From an uncultured Dehalococcoidia bacterium (GTDB taxonomy: Bacteria > Chloroflexota > Dehalococcoidia > Lucifugimonadales > UBA1127), in NCBI GenBank assembly GCA_964612825.1, contig CAZTCW010000051.1, forward strand, positions 4,452 through 68,451: a stretch of 64,000 nucleotides of DNA, in the 5' to 3' direction. Positions 39,052 through 47,837 of the stretch are shown here, piece after piece. Below the pieces are notes generated by a model. The model was not told the DNA's origin. It searched no databases and was given only the letters and a program-made list of their open reading frames with translations. The translations under genes were made by a program, and so were the position numbers. Position 1 is the first letter of the stretch. Each line of letters starts with the position of its first letter.

Positions 39052-40255
39052 AATGCTCCTCGAGTGAGGATAATTGGCGGGATAAATCTTTCCAGGGAAT
39101 GTTGTCAGGTATTCCTTCAGGTTCCCAATCTGATACCCAGAGCACTAAAGGCTCTCGGTGTTGGGATGCTAATATTTCAAGTGCATTTTGGATTGCCTCG
39201 TTCATGATTCCCGTGATGAATAGAAACGTTGCTCCAGGTGGGAGTTTTCTTGAGGTGATCAACAAATCATGGTCTATTTGAGAACCAACGAAAGAGGAGG
39301 CCATAGCGAGGGTTTCAAAAATTAGTGATAATTGTTTCGGATTTCTGCCAGGACGAACGGACATTGGACGTTCGTGCAAAAGTGATTTTCCATTAGTTAC
39401 AATACCCACGCTTCTTCCTGCGCTCAAAGCTTCCCAGGTTATTGAAGCAGCTACAGTAATGACTCGTTCCAAATTTTTTGGGATAAACCCACCATAAGGC
39501 ACTCCGGTGGTGTCAATATTCAACAATGGCACGGCAACAAGAGAATTGTCGGGTTCCAGAACTCGAGTTAGTAACCGATTATGGCGTGCCGTTGCCTTCC
39601 AATCGATGAGCTTCAGCGGGTCTCCAGGCTCGTATTCTTTAAAACCCTTCATTGTTCCGGTATCTTGATTAAGGCGCTTTTTACCTCTAGTGTCTCCAGT
39701 TTCCGAGCGAGCGTCCAAATCTAGAAGGCGTACTGGTACAACTTTTGGGTAAACCAGCAGGGAATCCTTTTTGGGGAAGAAAACCCATTTTTCAAAGAAT
39801 CCGAAAGGATCGCCGGTCCTTAAGGTTGCTGGACCTATTTGATAAGCACCTCTTTGACAACAGCGTAAACGGTAATTCCATACGATTTTTTCAAACGGAC
39901 CTAGCGATACCTTATGAGATAAGTTTCGGACGCCTTGCTTAGAAGAGTCCTCCAAATCTTTCCCTAAAATTACTAAATCTTCAGGGAATTCATCTTCGAT
40001 TTCTATCCAAGTTACAGGGATTGGCTTGTTATTGGTGATTGTTATTGTTAGAGATAGTTCTTCATCAAAAAAAGCGTGGTCTTGCGACAATTTTCTTTCA
40101 TACGTAAGGTCTTGTGGTGCGGATCTGCTCCAAAACCAAGTCCCCAAGGAAACTAGGAGTCCCATTATACCTACTGCGGAAAGAGAAGCTGAAATTGTGG
40201 CTAATCCAACTAGAGATAAAATCCCAAAAATTACAGTGGAGGCAGTTCCAAACAT
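39035..40255 (-). CDS. DUF58-family protein (MoxR-associated, vWA-like)
   Basis: 406 aa. Two N-terminal TM helices, then the DUF58-typical region (…FKEYEPGDPLKLIDWKATARHNRLLTRV…). Starts 5 nt downstream of the MoxR stop. Confidence 0.8.
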   Translation of the reverse strand: MFGTASTVIFGILSLVGLATISASLSAVGIMGLLVSLGTWFWSRSAPQDLTYERKLSQDHAFFDEELSLTITITNNKPIPVTWIEIEDEFPEDLVILGKDLEDSSKQGVRNLSHKVSLGPFEKIVWNYRLRCCQRGAYQIGPATLRTGDPFGFFEKWVFFPKKDSLLVYPKVVPVRLLDLDARSETGDTRGKKRLNQDTGTMKGFKEYEPGDPLKLIDWKATARHNRLLTRVLEPDNSLVAVPLLNIDTTGVPYGGFIPKNLERVITVAASITWEALSAGRSVGIVTNGKSLLHERPMSVRPGRNPKQLSLIFETLAMASSFVGSQIDHDLLITSRKLPPGATFLFITGIMNEAIQNALEILASQHREPLVLWVSDWEPEGIPDNIPWKDLSRQLSSLEEHYEIPV

Positions 40256-40260
40256 TTGTT

Positions 40261-41220
40261 TTATTCCACAGGAACGGGAACCGAGTCTAAAACTTCTTGA
40301 ATTATTGAATCTACTGTTTGGCCTCTAAGCCTTGATTGCGGCGAAATAAGTAACCGGTGGCCAAGTACTGGCAAGGCTAAAAATTTTATATCGTCAGGTA
40401 GGACGTAAGATCGATTGTGGATCGCCGCAAATGCTTGCGCTGCCCTATATAGGAAGAGGGTCGCTCGAGGACTGGCACCAAGATCTAGGGAAGGATTAAT
40501 TCTGGTGGCCCGCACAATTCGAATCAAATACTCGGAGGTTGGTTCAGCAACCATGACTTCGGGGACAAGTTTTTGAACTTTCAACAGATCGTCGACGGCA
40601 ATTACTGGATTAATTAGCTCATCAGGATTTAAATCTTTTTGGAAACGAGAAACTATCAATCCTTCATTTAATTCGGAAGGATAGCCTAAGGAAATTCTTA
40701 ACATGAATCGATCTAATTGTGCTTCAGGTAAAGGGAAGGTTCCTTCCATCTCTATAGGGTTTTGTGTGGCTAGGACAATAAATGGGTTAGGCAGTGGTGT
40801 AGTAGACCCTTCGATTGTAATTTGGCGCTCTTGCATGGCTTCAAGTAGGGCAGACTGCGTTCTCGGGGTTGCCCGATTTATTTCATCCCCTAATAATAAT
40901 TGGGTGAATATTGGTCCTGGGCGAAAGTCAAAATCTCCTGACCGTTGATTATATATGTTTGTTCCAAGGACATCAGTTGGAGTGAGATCAGGGGTAAACT
41001 GAATTCTTTTGAAGGTGCATCCCAATGATTGGGCAAGAGATTTGGCTAACGTAGTTTTACCGATACCGGGAACGTCTTCAATTAAAATGTGCCCATTACA
41101 TAAAATTGCAACGATAGCCAAATCAAGCGCCTCATTATTTGAGACCACTACCTTCTCAATATTTTCCCGAAGATCATGCGAAAGTTTATTTATGGAATTT
41201 AAGTTTTCTTGTGTAGTCAT
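40261..41220 (-). CDS. MoxR-family AAA+ ATPase
   Basis: 319 aa. Walker A EDVPGIGKTTLA, Walker B LLGDEINRATPRTQSALLEAM; typical MoxR length and C-terminal lid. Confidence 0.92.
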   Translation of the reverse strand: MTTQENLNSINKLSHDLRENIEKVVVSNNEALDLAIVAILCNGHILIEDVPGIGKTTLAKSLAQSLGCTFKRIQFTPDLTPTDVLGTNIYNQRSGDFDFRPGPIFTQLLLGDEINRATPRTQSALLEAMQERQITIEGSTTPLPNPFIVLATQNPIEMEGTFPLPEAQLDRFMLRISLGYPSELNEGLIVSRFQKDLNPDELINPVIAVDDLLKVQKLVPEVMVAEPTSEYLIRIVRATRINPSLDLGASPRATLFLYRAAQAFAAIHNRSYVLPDDIKFLALPVLGHRLLISPQSRLRGQTVDSIIQEVLDSVPVPVE

Positions 41221-41313
41221 CCTTACCTCAACGAAAGTCTAATTTCCAGGGAAACTGAGTGCAAGCTTTACGGCAAGACATTAACCTCTTGAGGGTTTCT
41301 ACGGGATAAGGGC

Positions 41314-41808
41314 TCAAGGTATATTTGAGGCGTTTATTTTACTCAAAATTGACTGATCTGCTAGGACCTCACCGCCGGATTTGGAGACCATAAATCCGAT
41401 CGTTAAACATAATTCCCGCATCTGGGGGGTGTCGAAATCCTCGAATTCCCAAAGTGTTTGATCTGTAGCAGTGAAGTCTTGACTGAAAATTTGTAATCGC
41501 CTGGAACGTCCGACACCAAAAACTGCTCCAACGGTTGAAATTAGCCCTGTTAGAATGAAAACGGTTTCTATGGCACCATTGGGAAATAACAAAAAGCTCA
41601 TTAAGGCGACGACAAGGCCCAAAACAATCATTGATTTGCGCCGAGCTGTTAATGTGGTAATTGTGGTTATTTTTTCATAACAAACTTCGTTTACTTGGTA
41701 TCCAATTTTCCCGGTTTCAAGGCGCACAACTCTTTTTTCAGTTGCATGGAGGTCTCCCCAAGAACATATAAGAATTTCGTTGGGAGCCAAAAGGTTTTCA
41801 ATCAACAT
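41314..41808 (-). CDS. Hypothetical membrane protein with bacterial PH-like N-terminal segment
   Basis: 164 aa. LLAPNEILI…TEKRVVRLE resembles the start of bPH/YdbT-like domains and is followed by two TM helices. Lies 93 nt upstream of MoxR on the same strand. Confidence 0.4.
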   Translation of the reverse strand: MLIENLLAPNEILICSWGDLHATEKRVVRLETGKIGYQVNEVCYEKITTITTLTARRKSMIVLGLVVALMSFLLFPNGAIETVFILTGLISTVGAVFGVGRSRRLQIFSQDFTATDQTLWEFEDFDTPQMRELCLTIGFMVSKSGGEVLADQSILSKINASNIP

Positions 41809-42008
41809 ATAACTACCACTCTCTCCAAATCCTTATTAAATTCACGTGAAAAGATGGCGAATAGCTAGTCATGTTCAACTGCCTAAACAAGGAAAAGGGA
41901 AAAAGTTCTTGGCTATTATTTCCACCAATAAGACTTAATCCATTACAATGGTACCTAAACTAGCTTAGGTTATTTAGGCACATGTAATCAAGGATTGGAG
42001 GAGATGGA

Positions 42009-42653
42009 ATGATTTCTATCCTTGGAGGTACCGGACCTGAAGGGCAAGGATTAGCTCTTCGATTCGCTCAGGCAGGTTATAGCGTAATTATCGGCTCTCG
42101 CGATGAAGATCGAGCTAAACAGGCTGCTAAGGATATAGGGGTGTTGATTAATAGCGATTTAGTGACGGGCAATTCGAATAAAGAAGCAGCGGAATTTGGC
42201 TCCACAGTTTTTATCTCTCTCCCATACGTCGCACAGAGGGAAACGCTTTTGGAACTAAGGCCTAGCCTTGAAGGGAAAACTGTTGTTGATGTAATTGCCC
42301 CATTGGTGTTTCACAAAGGAGTCGCTCAAGCGGTTCAGGTCGAAGAAGGTTCAGCAGCTGAGCAGGCCCAGCAAATTCTCCCTCTAGCGCATGTTGTAGG
42401 GGCTTTTCATAGTATAAGCGCTCGGGATCTTATAATTCCGGATAAACTTATTGATTGTGATGTCGTTGTATGTAGCGATGATGATTCAGCTAAAACAGAA
42501 GTGATGAAGCTGGCCGAGCTCATAAAAGGGGTTAGGGCGGTAGACGGCGGAGGTCTTCAGTCTTCGCGGTATGTAGAAGGGTTGACGGCATTATTACTCA
42601 ATGTAAATCGAATTTATAAAGGGCATTCAATGATCAAAATAATGGGAATCTAA
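42009..42653 (+). CDS. NADPH-dependent F420 reductase (NpdG/FNO family)
   Basis: 214 aa. ISILGGTGPEGQGLALRFAQAGYSVIIGSRD Rossmann N-terminus and overall collinearity with the NpdG family. GGAGGAG SD upstream. Confidence 0.8.
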   Translation: MISILGGTGPEGQGLALRFAQAGYSVIIGSRDEDRAKQAAKDIGVLINSDLVTGNSNKEAAEFGSTVFISLPYVAQRETLLELRPSLEGKTVVDVIAPLVFHKGVAQAVQVEEGSAAEQAQQILPLAHVVGAFHSISARDLIIPDKLIDCDVVVCSDDDSAKTEVMKLAELIKGVRAVDGGGLQSSRYVEGLTALLLNVNRIYKGHSMIKIMGI

Positions 42654-42671
42654 GGAAGCGGGACGTTTCAA

Positions 42672-43358
42672 ATGCAAATAAAAGTTGGTGAATTGCCGGG
42701 CTCGATTCGTTTTCAGGCAATCAGCGCATTATTTATTACTGGATTAATCACTTCGAATATCATCGCAGTAAAATTGGCCGATTTTTGGGGGTATGTTTTG
42801 CCTTCGGCAATTATCATATTCCCGGTTACATACATAATTGGAGATATTCTTACTGAAGTCTATGGGTATAAAGCGGCCAGAAAGGTTATCTGGTTTGGTT
42901 TTATATGTAATTTATTTGCCGTTGTGTCGATATGGATTGCTGGAATGCTAGATCCTGTGGACCAAGACTTGGGAGAAGCCTACCATCTCGTACTGGGGTC
43001 CACTTATAGAATTTTGCTTGCATCTTTCCTGGCGTACCTTGCCGGAGAATTACTTAATGCCTTTGTTTTGGCAAAATTAAAATCTTTGACTGAAGGGAAG
43101 TGGCTTTGGTTGCGAACAATCTCTTCTACCATTTTTGGTCAAGGAGTGGATACGATCATTTTTATAAGCCTCGCATTTGGAGGTTCGGTGCCGGCAGGAA
43201 TCTTATTAAATATTGTTTTCCTTCAGTGGGGAGCGAAAGTACTTTACGAGGCGCTAGCCACTCCATTCACCTATCTTATTGTTGGGAATTTCAAACGCGC
43301 AGAGGGTGTAGATGTTTATGATGACAGACTCTCGATAAAGCATCTGTTTATGAAGTAA
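42672..43358 (+). CDS. yhhQ: Queuosine-precursor (preQ0/preQ1) transporter, VUT/YhhQ family
   Basis: 228 aa, 6 TM. FPVTYIIGDILTEVYGYKAARKVIWFGF is the YhhQ-family signature as I recall it. Begins 18 nt after the F420 reductase stop. Confidence 0.8.
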   Translation: MQIKVGELPGSIRFQAISALFITGLITSNIIAVKLADFWGYVLPSAIIIFPVTYIIGDILTEVYGYKAARKVIWFGFICNLFAVVSIWIAGMLDPVDQDLGEAYHLVLGSTYRILLASFLAYLAGELLNAFVLAKLKSLTEGKWLWLRTISSTIFGQGVDTIIFISLAFGGSVPAGILLNIVFLQWGAKVLYEALATPFTYLIVGNFKRAEGVDVYDDRLSIKHLFMK

Positions 43359-43513
43359 ATTATGCCTTAATCTCATTAGGGAATCGCGGACGGAGCACAG
43401 AAAGATACTTTCATTGCCAAATACAGGGCTGGCCTTTTTCTCATACACCGGATTTTTTCTGATACATTACGGGATAAAACTATGATTCAGGTTTCTTGTG
43501 TTCATTCGACCGT

Positions 43514-43825
43514 TTAGCTGCTGGGTCTGATATAAATATTCCCCCCATGTAAGCTTAGTTCATAACATTTTAAGGGACCGTTGGTAGGACCTTCTATCTC
43601 TTCGCCAGAGGTGATATCAAAAATACTTCCGTGTAATGGACACTCTACACAATTTCCTTCCAAAGTCCCGTCAGAAAGAGATGCCTCTGCATGAGTACAA
43701 ACATCGGAAACAGCGTAAAAATTTCCATCAAGGTTCGCTATGAGAACCTCTTCACCGCCGACCTCGACCATTTTCATTTCTCCGGGTGCTAAATCGTCTG
43801 CTCTCCCAACACTGGAAAATTCCAC
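43514..43825 (-). CDS. Rieske [2Fe-2S] ferredoxin
   Basis: Rieske motifs C-T-H (VCTHAEA) and C-P-L-H (CVECPLHGS). I place the start at GTG 43825, which has AGGAGG 9 nt upstream and gives 103 aa. The track ORF (to 43939) adds 38 residues that do not look like protein. Confidence 0.8.
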   Translation of the reverse strand: MEFSSVGRADDLAPGEMKMVEVGGEEVLIANLDGNFYAVSDVCTHAEASLSDGTLEGNCVECPLHGSIFDITSGEEIEGPTNGPLKCYELSLHGGNIYIRPSS

Positions 43826-44016
43826 CAAAGTCCACCTCCTAAAGTTACAAAAATTGGTTTTACTTGTGGAAGTATATCTATTTTCCACAGTTTTAGAAAT
43901 CCTAAAATTTAACGGACTAATCGTTTGTCCTAAACTCAATAAAATGAATCCTTGACTTAGGCGAATATGTACTGGTACAGTTCGGGGAACAGATCTTACC
44001 CAGGGGTGTTTATTCT

Positions 44017-45156
44017 ATGGCGTTTCCCGCAATTAAAGAGATCCGTCGAACCTATGGATTCGACGATGTCGCGATTTCCCCTGGGCAGGTCACAATTAAT
44101 CCAGATCAAACTAATATAGGCTTTTCCATTGGTACCCATGAATTTTCAGTCCCGATCCTTGCCTCCGCGATGGATGCTGTTGTATCTCCTAAGTTCGCTG
44201 GCGCACTTGGTAAGCTTGGCGGTTTAGGAGTTCTCAATTTGGAGGGAGTATGGACAAGATATGGAAATGCAGAAGAGATCCTTTCAGAAATTGCCAATTC
44301 TCCCAAGACTGAAGTAACTGAAGTGTTTCAAAAAGTTTATTCCTCTGCGATAAAGGATGAACTTGTAGGAGACCGAATTAGGGAAATAAAAGACCAAGGA
44401 GTAGTCTGCGCAGTAGCGGTCACCCCACAAAATGCAAAAAGGCTCTCCTCTATTGCTGTTGAGGCTGGAGCAGATATCTTGTTTGTACAAGCCACAGTAA
44501 CTACCGCTCGACACATTTCTAAAAGTTACAAAGGTCTAGTGTTTTCGGAATTAGTCCAGTCTGTGGATATACCAGTGGTTGTGGGGAATTGTGTGACCTC
44601 TGGCGCTGCTCTGGAACTTATGGAGACAGGGATCGATGGTCTGCTAGTTGGGGTCGGTCCCGGGGCAGCATGTACGACCCGTGAGGTGGTTGGTGTTGGG
44701 CTTCCACAAGTTACCGCGACCCTGGAATGTGCTGCGGCTAGAGAAGAATACTTCAAAAGATCTGGTAAATATGTAGATATTATCACTGATGGAGGAATTC
44801 GAACCGGTGGCGATTTGTGTAAATCATTTGCATCTGGTTCGGATGCCGTGATGTTGGGAACACCATTTGCTCAAACAAATGAAGCTCCAGGGGGGGGATT
44901 TAACTGGGGCATGGCTACTCCCCACCCCTCTCTTCCAAGAGGGACACGGATAACAGTAGGGACAAAAGGATCATTAGAGCAACTATTGTTCGGCCCATCA
45001 ATTGTTACTGACGGAACAATGAATTTCGTTGACGCATTGAAAGTTGGCATGGGCATGGTAGGCGCATTTAATATTCGTGAGATGCAAAATGCCGAGTTGG
45101 TATACGCCCCGGACATAAAGATTGAAGGCAAAGCCTTCCAAATGGGTCTTGCTTGA
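44017..45156 (+). CDS. IMP dehydrogenase-related protein lacking the CBS subdomain (GuaB3-like)
   Basis: 379 aa TIM-barrel. The IMPDH catalytic-loop-like VGVGPGAACTTREVVGVGLPQ is retained. Length and collinearity indicate no CBS pair. Confidence 0.8.
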   Translation: MAFPAIKEIRRTYGFDDVAISPGQVTINPDQTNIGFSIGTHEFSVPILASAMDAVVSPKFAGALGKLGGLGVLNLEGVWTRYGNAEEILSEIANSPKTEVTEVFQKVYSSAIKDELVGDRIREIKDQGVVCAVAVTPQNAKRLSSIAVEAGADILFVQATVTTARHISKSYKGLVFSELVQSVDIPVVVGNCVTSGAALELMETGIDGLLVGVGPGAACTTREVVGVGLPQVTATLECAAAREEYFKRSGKYVDIITDGGIRTGGDLCKSFASGSDAVMLGTPFAQTNEAPGGGFNWGMATPHPSLPRGTRITVGTKGSLEQLLFGPSIVTDGTMNFVDALKVGMGMVGAFNIREMQNAELVYAPDIKIEGKAFQMGLA

Positions 45157-45328
45157 TACAAGAGGGTTCTCACTCGGTTTGCTTAGAATAAACTGTCGTG
45201 AACGTTATCTGCCACAATAGGGTCCATTTACCCTCGCGTATAGCTTCGAAAACCCCTCGCTGCTTTTCTTATCCTGACAACGCAATTTCCGTAAGGTAAA
45301 ATTTGAGCAATAGTGAAGGTGAGGAAAA

Positions 45329-46234
45329 ATGAAAGAAGAAAAACCTTCCTACAGAATGGGGTCGGTAGCGTTAATAGGCCGCCCTAATGTTGGCAAATCA
45401 ACGTTGATGAATAAGCTCTTGGATTTTAAGCTTTCTATCACTTCACCAAAGCCTCAGACGTCTCGGCACCGACTATTAGGAATTCTTACGAAAAGTAATT
45501 ATCAGGTCCTCTTTTTTGATACCCCGGGTTTGATGGTCAGACCTAAGGATTCCTTGGACCGCCGAATGCGTACCCATGCGAAAGATGCTATAGAAGAAGC
45601 GGATTTAGTGTTACTAATCGTTGAACCGTTTCCTCCCGGTGCCGCGGAAGAGGAATGTATTCAATCAATAAAAAATAGCGAAAAAACTGCAATCTTGGGT
45701 ATAAACAAAATTGACCGAACAAACAAAGAAGTCCTTTTACCTATTATTGAACAATACAACAGCAAATTCCCCTTTACCCATATTGTTCCTATCAGTGCGA
45801 AAACCGCTGAGGGGCTTCCATTGCTAGAGCAATTAATCGTGAGCTGTCTCCCTCGAGGCGAAAGACAGTATCCAATTGAAGAAGTTACTGACAGATCCGA
45901 ACGATTTTTGGTGGGTGAACTAGTAAGACAACAGCTTTACTTTCTTTATGGTCAAGAAATTCCATACGATACTGGCGTATTGATTGAGACATTTAAAGAC
46001 CCAAATGGAGGGGAACGAGGAAAGACTGTTATTGAGGCTACGATATTAGTAGAAAAAATCTCGCAAAGACAAATACTCATAGGTTACAATGGGAGCGCCC
46101 TGAAAAAAGTTGGCATAAACGCCAGGAAAGAAATTGAACTGTTGTTAAATAGACCCGTTTATTTGGATCTCTGGGTTCGGGTTCAATTTAATTGGCGTAA
46201 GGACCAAGAGATTTTACAAGCGCTTGATGAATAG
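45329..46234 (+). CDS. era: GTPase Era
   Basis: 301 aa. G1 GRPNVGKSTL, G3 DTPG, G4 NKID, C-terminal KH domain. Confidence 0.93.
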   Translation: MKEEKPSYRMGSVALIGRPNVGKSTLMNKLLDFKLSITSPKPQTSRHRLLGILTKSNYQVLFFDTPGLMVRPKDSLDRRMRTHAKDAIEEADLVLLIVEPFPPGAAEEECIQSIKNSEKTAILGINKIDRTNKEVLLPIIEQYNSKFPFTHIVPISAKTAEGLPLLEQLIVSCLPRGERQYPIEEVTDRSERFLVGELVRQQLYFLYGQEIPYDTGVLIETFKDPNGGERGKTVIEATILVEKISQRQILIGYNGSALKKVGINARKEIELLLNRPVYLDLWVRVQFNWRKDQEILQALDE

Positions 46235-46238
46235 GGGC

Positions 46239-46886
46239 TCAATTCTCCGAAATTACTATTTCATTTATAAGTAATTCCTCTAAAGGCGATGAGCTTTCAC
46301 CACTTGCTCCGGTGGTCACAGGACTATTAGCAATCGCATCAATGGTATCAAAGCCGTCAGTAGTGCTACCGAAGATGGTGTAATTTTTTGGAAGGGGGTT
46401 ATCATTATGCATAATGAAAAATTGACTTCCGTTTGTATTTGGGCCTGCGTTTGCCATTGCCAATGTCCCGCGTAAATAGTCTCTCGTGACAGGTTCATCA
46501 TTAAATCGGTATCCCGGCCCCCCCCTACCCGTGCCTGTAGGATCTCCAGTCTGTATCATAAAACCCGATATAATCCTGTGGAATTTTACCCCACTGTAAA
46601 AACCTTCCCGAGATAGAAAAACAAAATTGTTTACGGTAACTGGCGCTTCTTTGGCGAATAATTCAACCGTAATCTCTCCCTTGTTCGTCTTTATTGAAGC
46701 TGAATAAGATTTTTCTGAGTCAATTATTATCTCGGGCGAATTAGGCCATTGTGCCATGTCGACTCCTCCTGTTTTAGGGGTTTGATTGGATGCCACTGTG
46801 TTTTGAGTCTCAAGGGATCGAGAAGATGATTCTTGACTGTTAGTCCCTGAGCAGCCAGTGATAATTAAACAGCAAACTAATCCCAA
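46239..46886 (-). CDS. Cyclophilin-type peptidyl-prolyl cis-trans isomerase, lipoprotein
   Basis: 215 aa. Lipobox IITGC. Cyclophilin core FHRIISGFMIQTGDPTGTGRGGPGY and MANAGPNTNGSQFFI. TTG start; the n-region is short, so the real start may be a few codons upstream. Confidence 0.9.
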   Translation of the reverse strand: MGLVCCLIITGCSGTNSQESSSRSLETQNTVASNQTPKTGGVDMAQWPNSPEIIIDSEKSYSASIKTNKGEITVELFAKEAPVTVNNFVFLSREGFYSGVKFHRIISGFMIQTGDPTGTGRGGPGYRFNDEPVTRDYLRGTLAMANAGPNTNGSQFFIMHNDNPLPKNYTIFGSTTDGFDTIDAIANSPVTTGASGESSSPLEELLINEIVISEN

Positions 46887-46963
46887 AAAAGTAATTCTTG
46901 TTATATTCGTAACGGCTTCCCCATTAAGTGTGTTTGGATTTTAACTACGGTAGCTTTGTGTGG

Positions 46964-47836
46964 TTAATCAGGAATCTGACTTACTTTCACTTCTACATCT
47001 TTAGTGGAAGTAAAGTGTCTTCTTAGTTCCATTTCCTCCGCTGAGAACCCAAGGGCTAAACCAACGAGTTGAGGAAGATGCAAAACGGGCATATCGATTT
47101 CCTTACCAGATTGTTTTTCGGCCCGCGATTGTTGCCCGTCAAGGCTGAGGTGGCATAAGGGGCAAGGAACTACCATCGTATCGGCACCCTTTTCCCTAGC
47201 CTCCCCTGTATGTTTCGCCGTCATGGCAAGAGAATTTGTTTCATTATGAGTTAATATGGGAAATCCGCAGCATTTTCCTTTGCCCCGAATGTCTACGTTC
47301 TCCGCTCCTAGGATGCCGGTTACTTTTTCTATATACCGCTTTCGACCGCCCTCTTTGATTACGTCTTCCGGACGCCTGAGATAACATCCATAAAATGGAG
47401 AGACTTTAACTCCGGCCAGAGGCTTGCCGATGTTTTCTTTTAGTTCGTCTTCACCGACATCTTCCACGAGCACCCAAAGCAAATGTTTTACGTCGGTGGT
47501 CCCTTGGTATTCCAATCCTTGTTCCTTTAAATATTGTTTATTAATCATCTCTCGGTATTCTCGATCCTGTAGTCGGAGCGCGGCGGCACCAATCACCCCG
47601 GTACAGGTGCTGCAGATAGTCATAATTGGTAAGCCAAGTTGTTCTGCCTTGGCTAAGGTTCTCGCATTAATCGGATCTGAAACCTCGGAACTTAAGACGC
47701 CTGCTCCGGTGCATCCAGCGTCCCATAACTCCTCTAGCTCGATCCCTAATTTCCGACATATTTTCACAGTTGCGTTGTACAGTTCAGGGCATGAACCTTT
47801 GGCAACGCAGCCTGGGTAAAAAGCAAAACGTTTCAT
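46964..47836 (-). CDS. CCG-domain iron-sulfur protein (HdrB / SdhE / TfrB-C-terminal-like)
   Basis: 290 aa, two CCG-type repeats. Repeat 1 is YPGC…AGCTGAG…TICSTC, with the CCG degenerate as C-T-G. Repeat 2 is FYGC…KCCGFP…VPCPLC and is intact. Starts 1 nt after the upstream Fe-S subunit stop. Confidence 0.8.
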   Translation of the reverse strand: MKRFAFYPGCVAKGSCPELYNATVKICRKLGIELEELWDAGCTGAGVLSSEVSDPINARTLAKAEQLGLPIMTICSTCTGVIGAAALRLQDREYREMINKQYLKEQGLEYQGTTDVKHLLWVLVEDVGEDELKENIGKPLAGVKVSPFYGCYLRRPEDVIKEGGRKRYIEKVTGILGAENVDIRGKGKCCGFPILTHNETNSLAMTAKHTGEAREKGADTMVVPCPLCHLSLDGQQSRAEKQSGKEIDMPVLHLPQLVGLALGFSAEEMELRRHFTSTKDVEVKVSQIPD

Positions 47837-47837
47837 T

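Noticed and set aside
43826-43939. The 38-residue N-terminal extension of the Rieske ORF as given in the ORF track (start 43939).
   Set aside because: The extension (MSLGQTISPLNFRISKTVENRYTSTSKTNFCNFRRWTL) is not protein-like. A GTG at 43825 has a strong AGGAGG SD 9 nt upstream and yields a typical 103-aa Rieske ferredoxin.
44890-44897. Homopolymer runs inside coding regions as possible phase-variation or frameshift sites: G8 at 44890-44897 in the GuaB3-like gene, C8 at 46518-46525 in the cyclophilin gene, and T9 at 2615-2623 in the cupin gene.
   Set aside because: All three are in frame and encode sensible peptides (APGGGF, TGRGGPGY, DKKKE) within conserved motifs. There is no sign of a disrupted reading frame. 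They are worth remembering only as sequencing-error hotspots.
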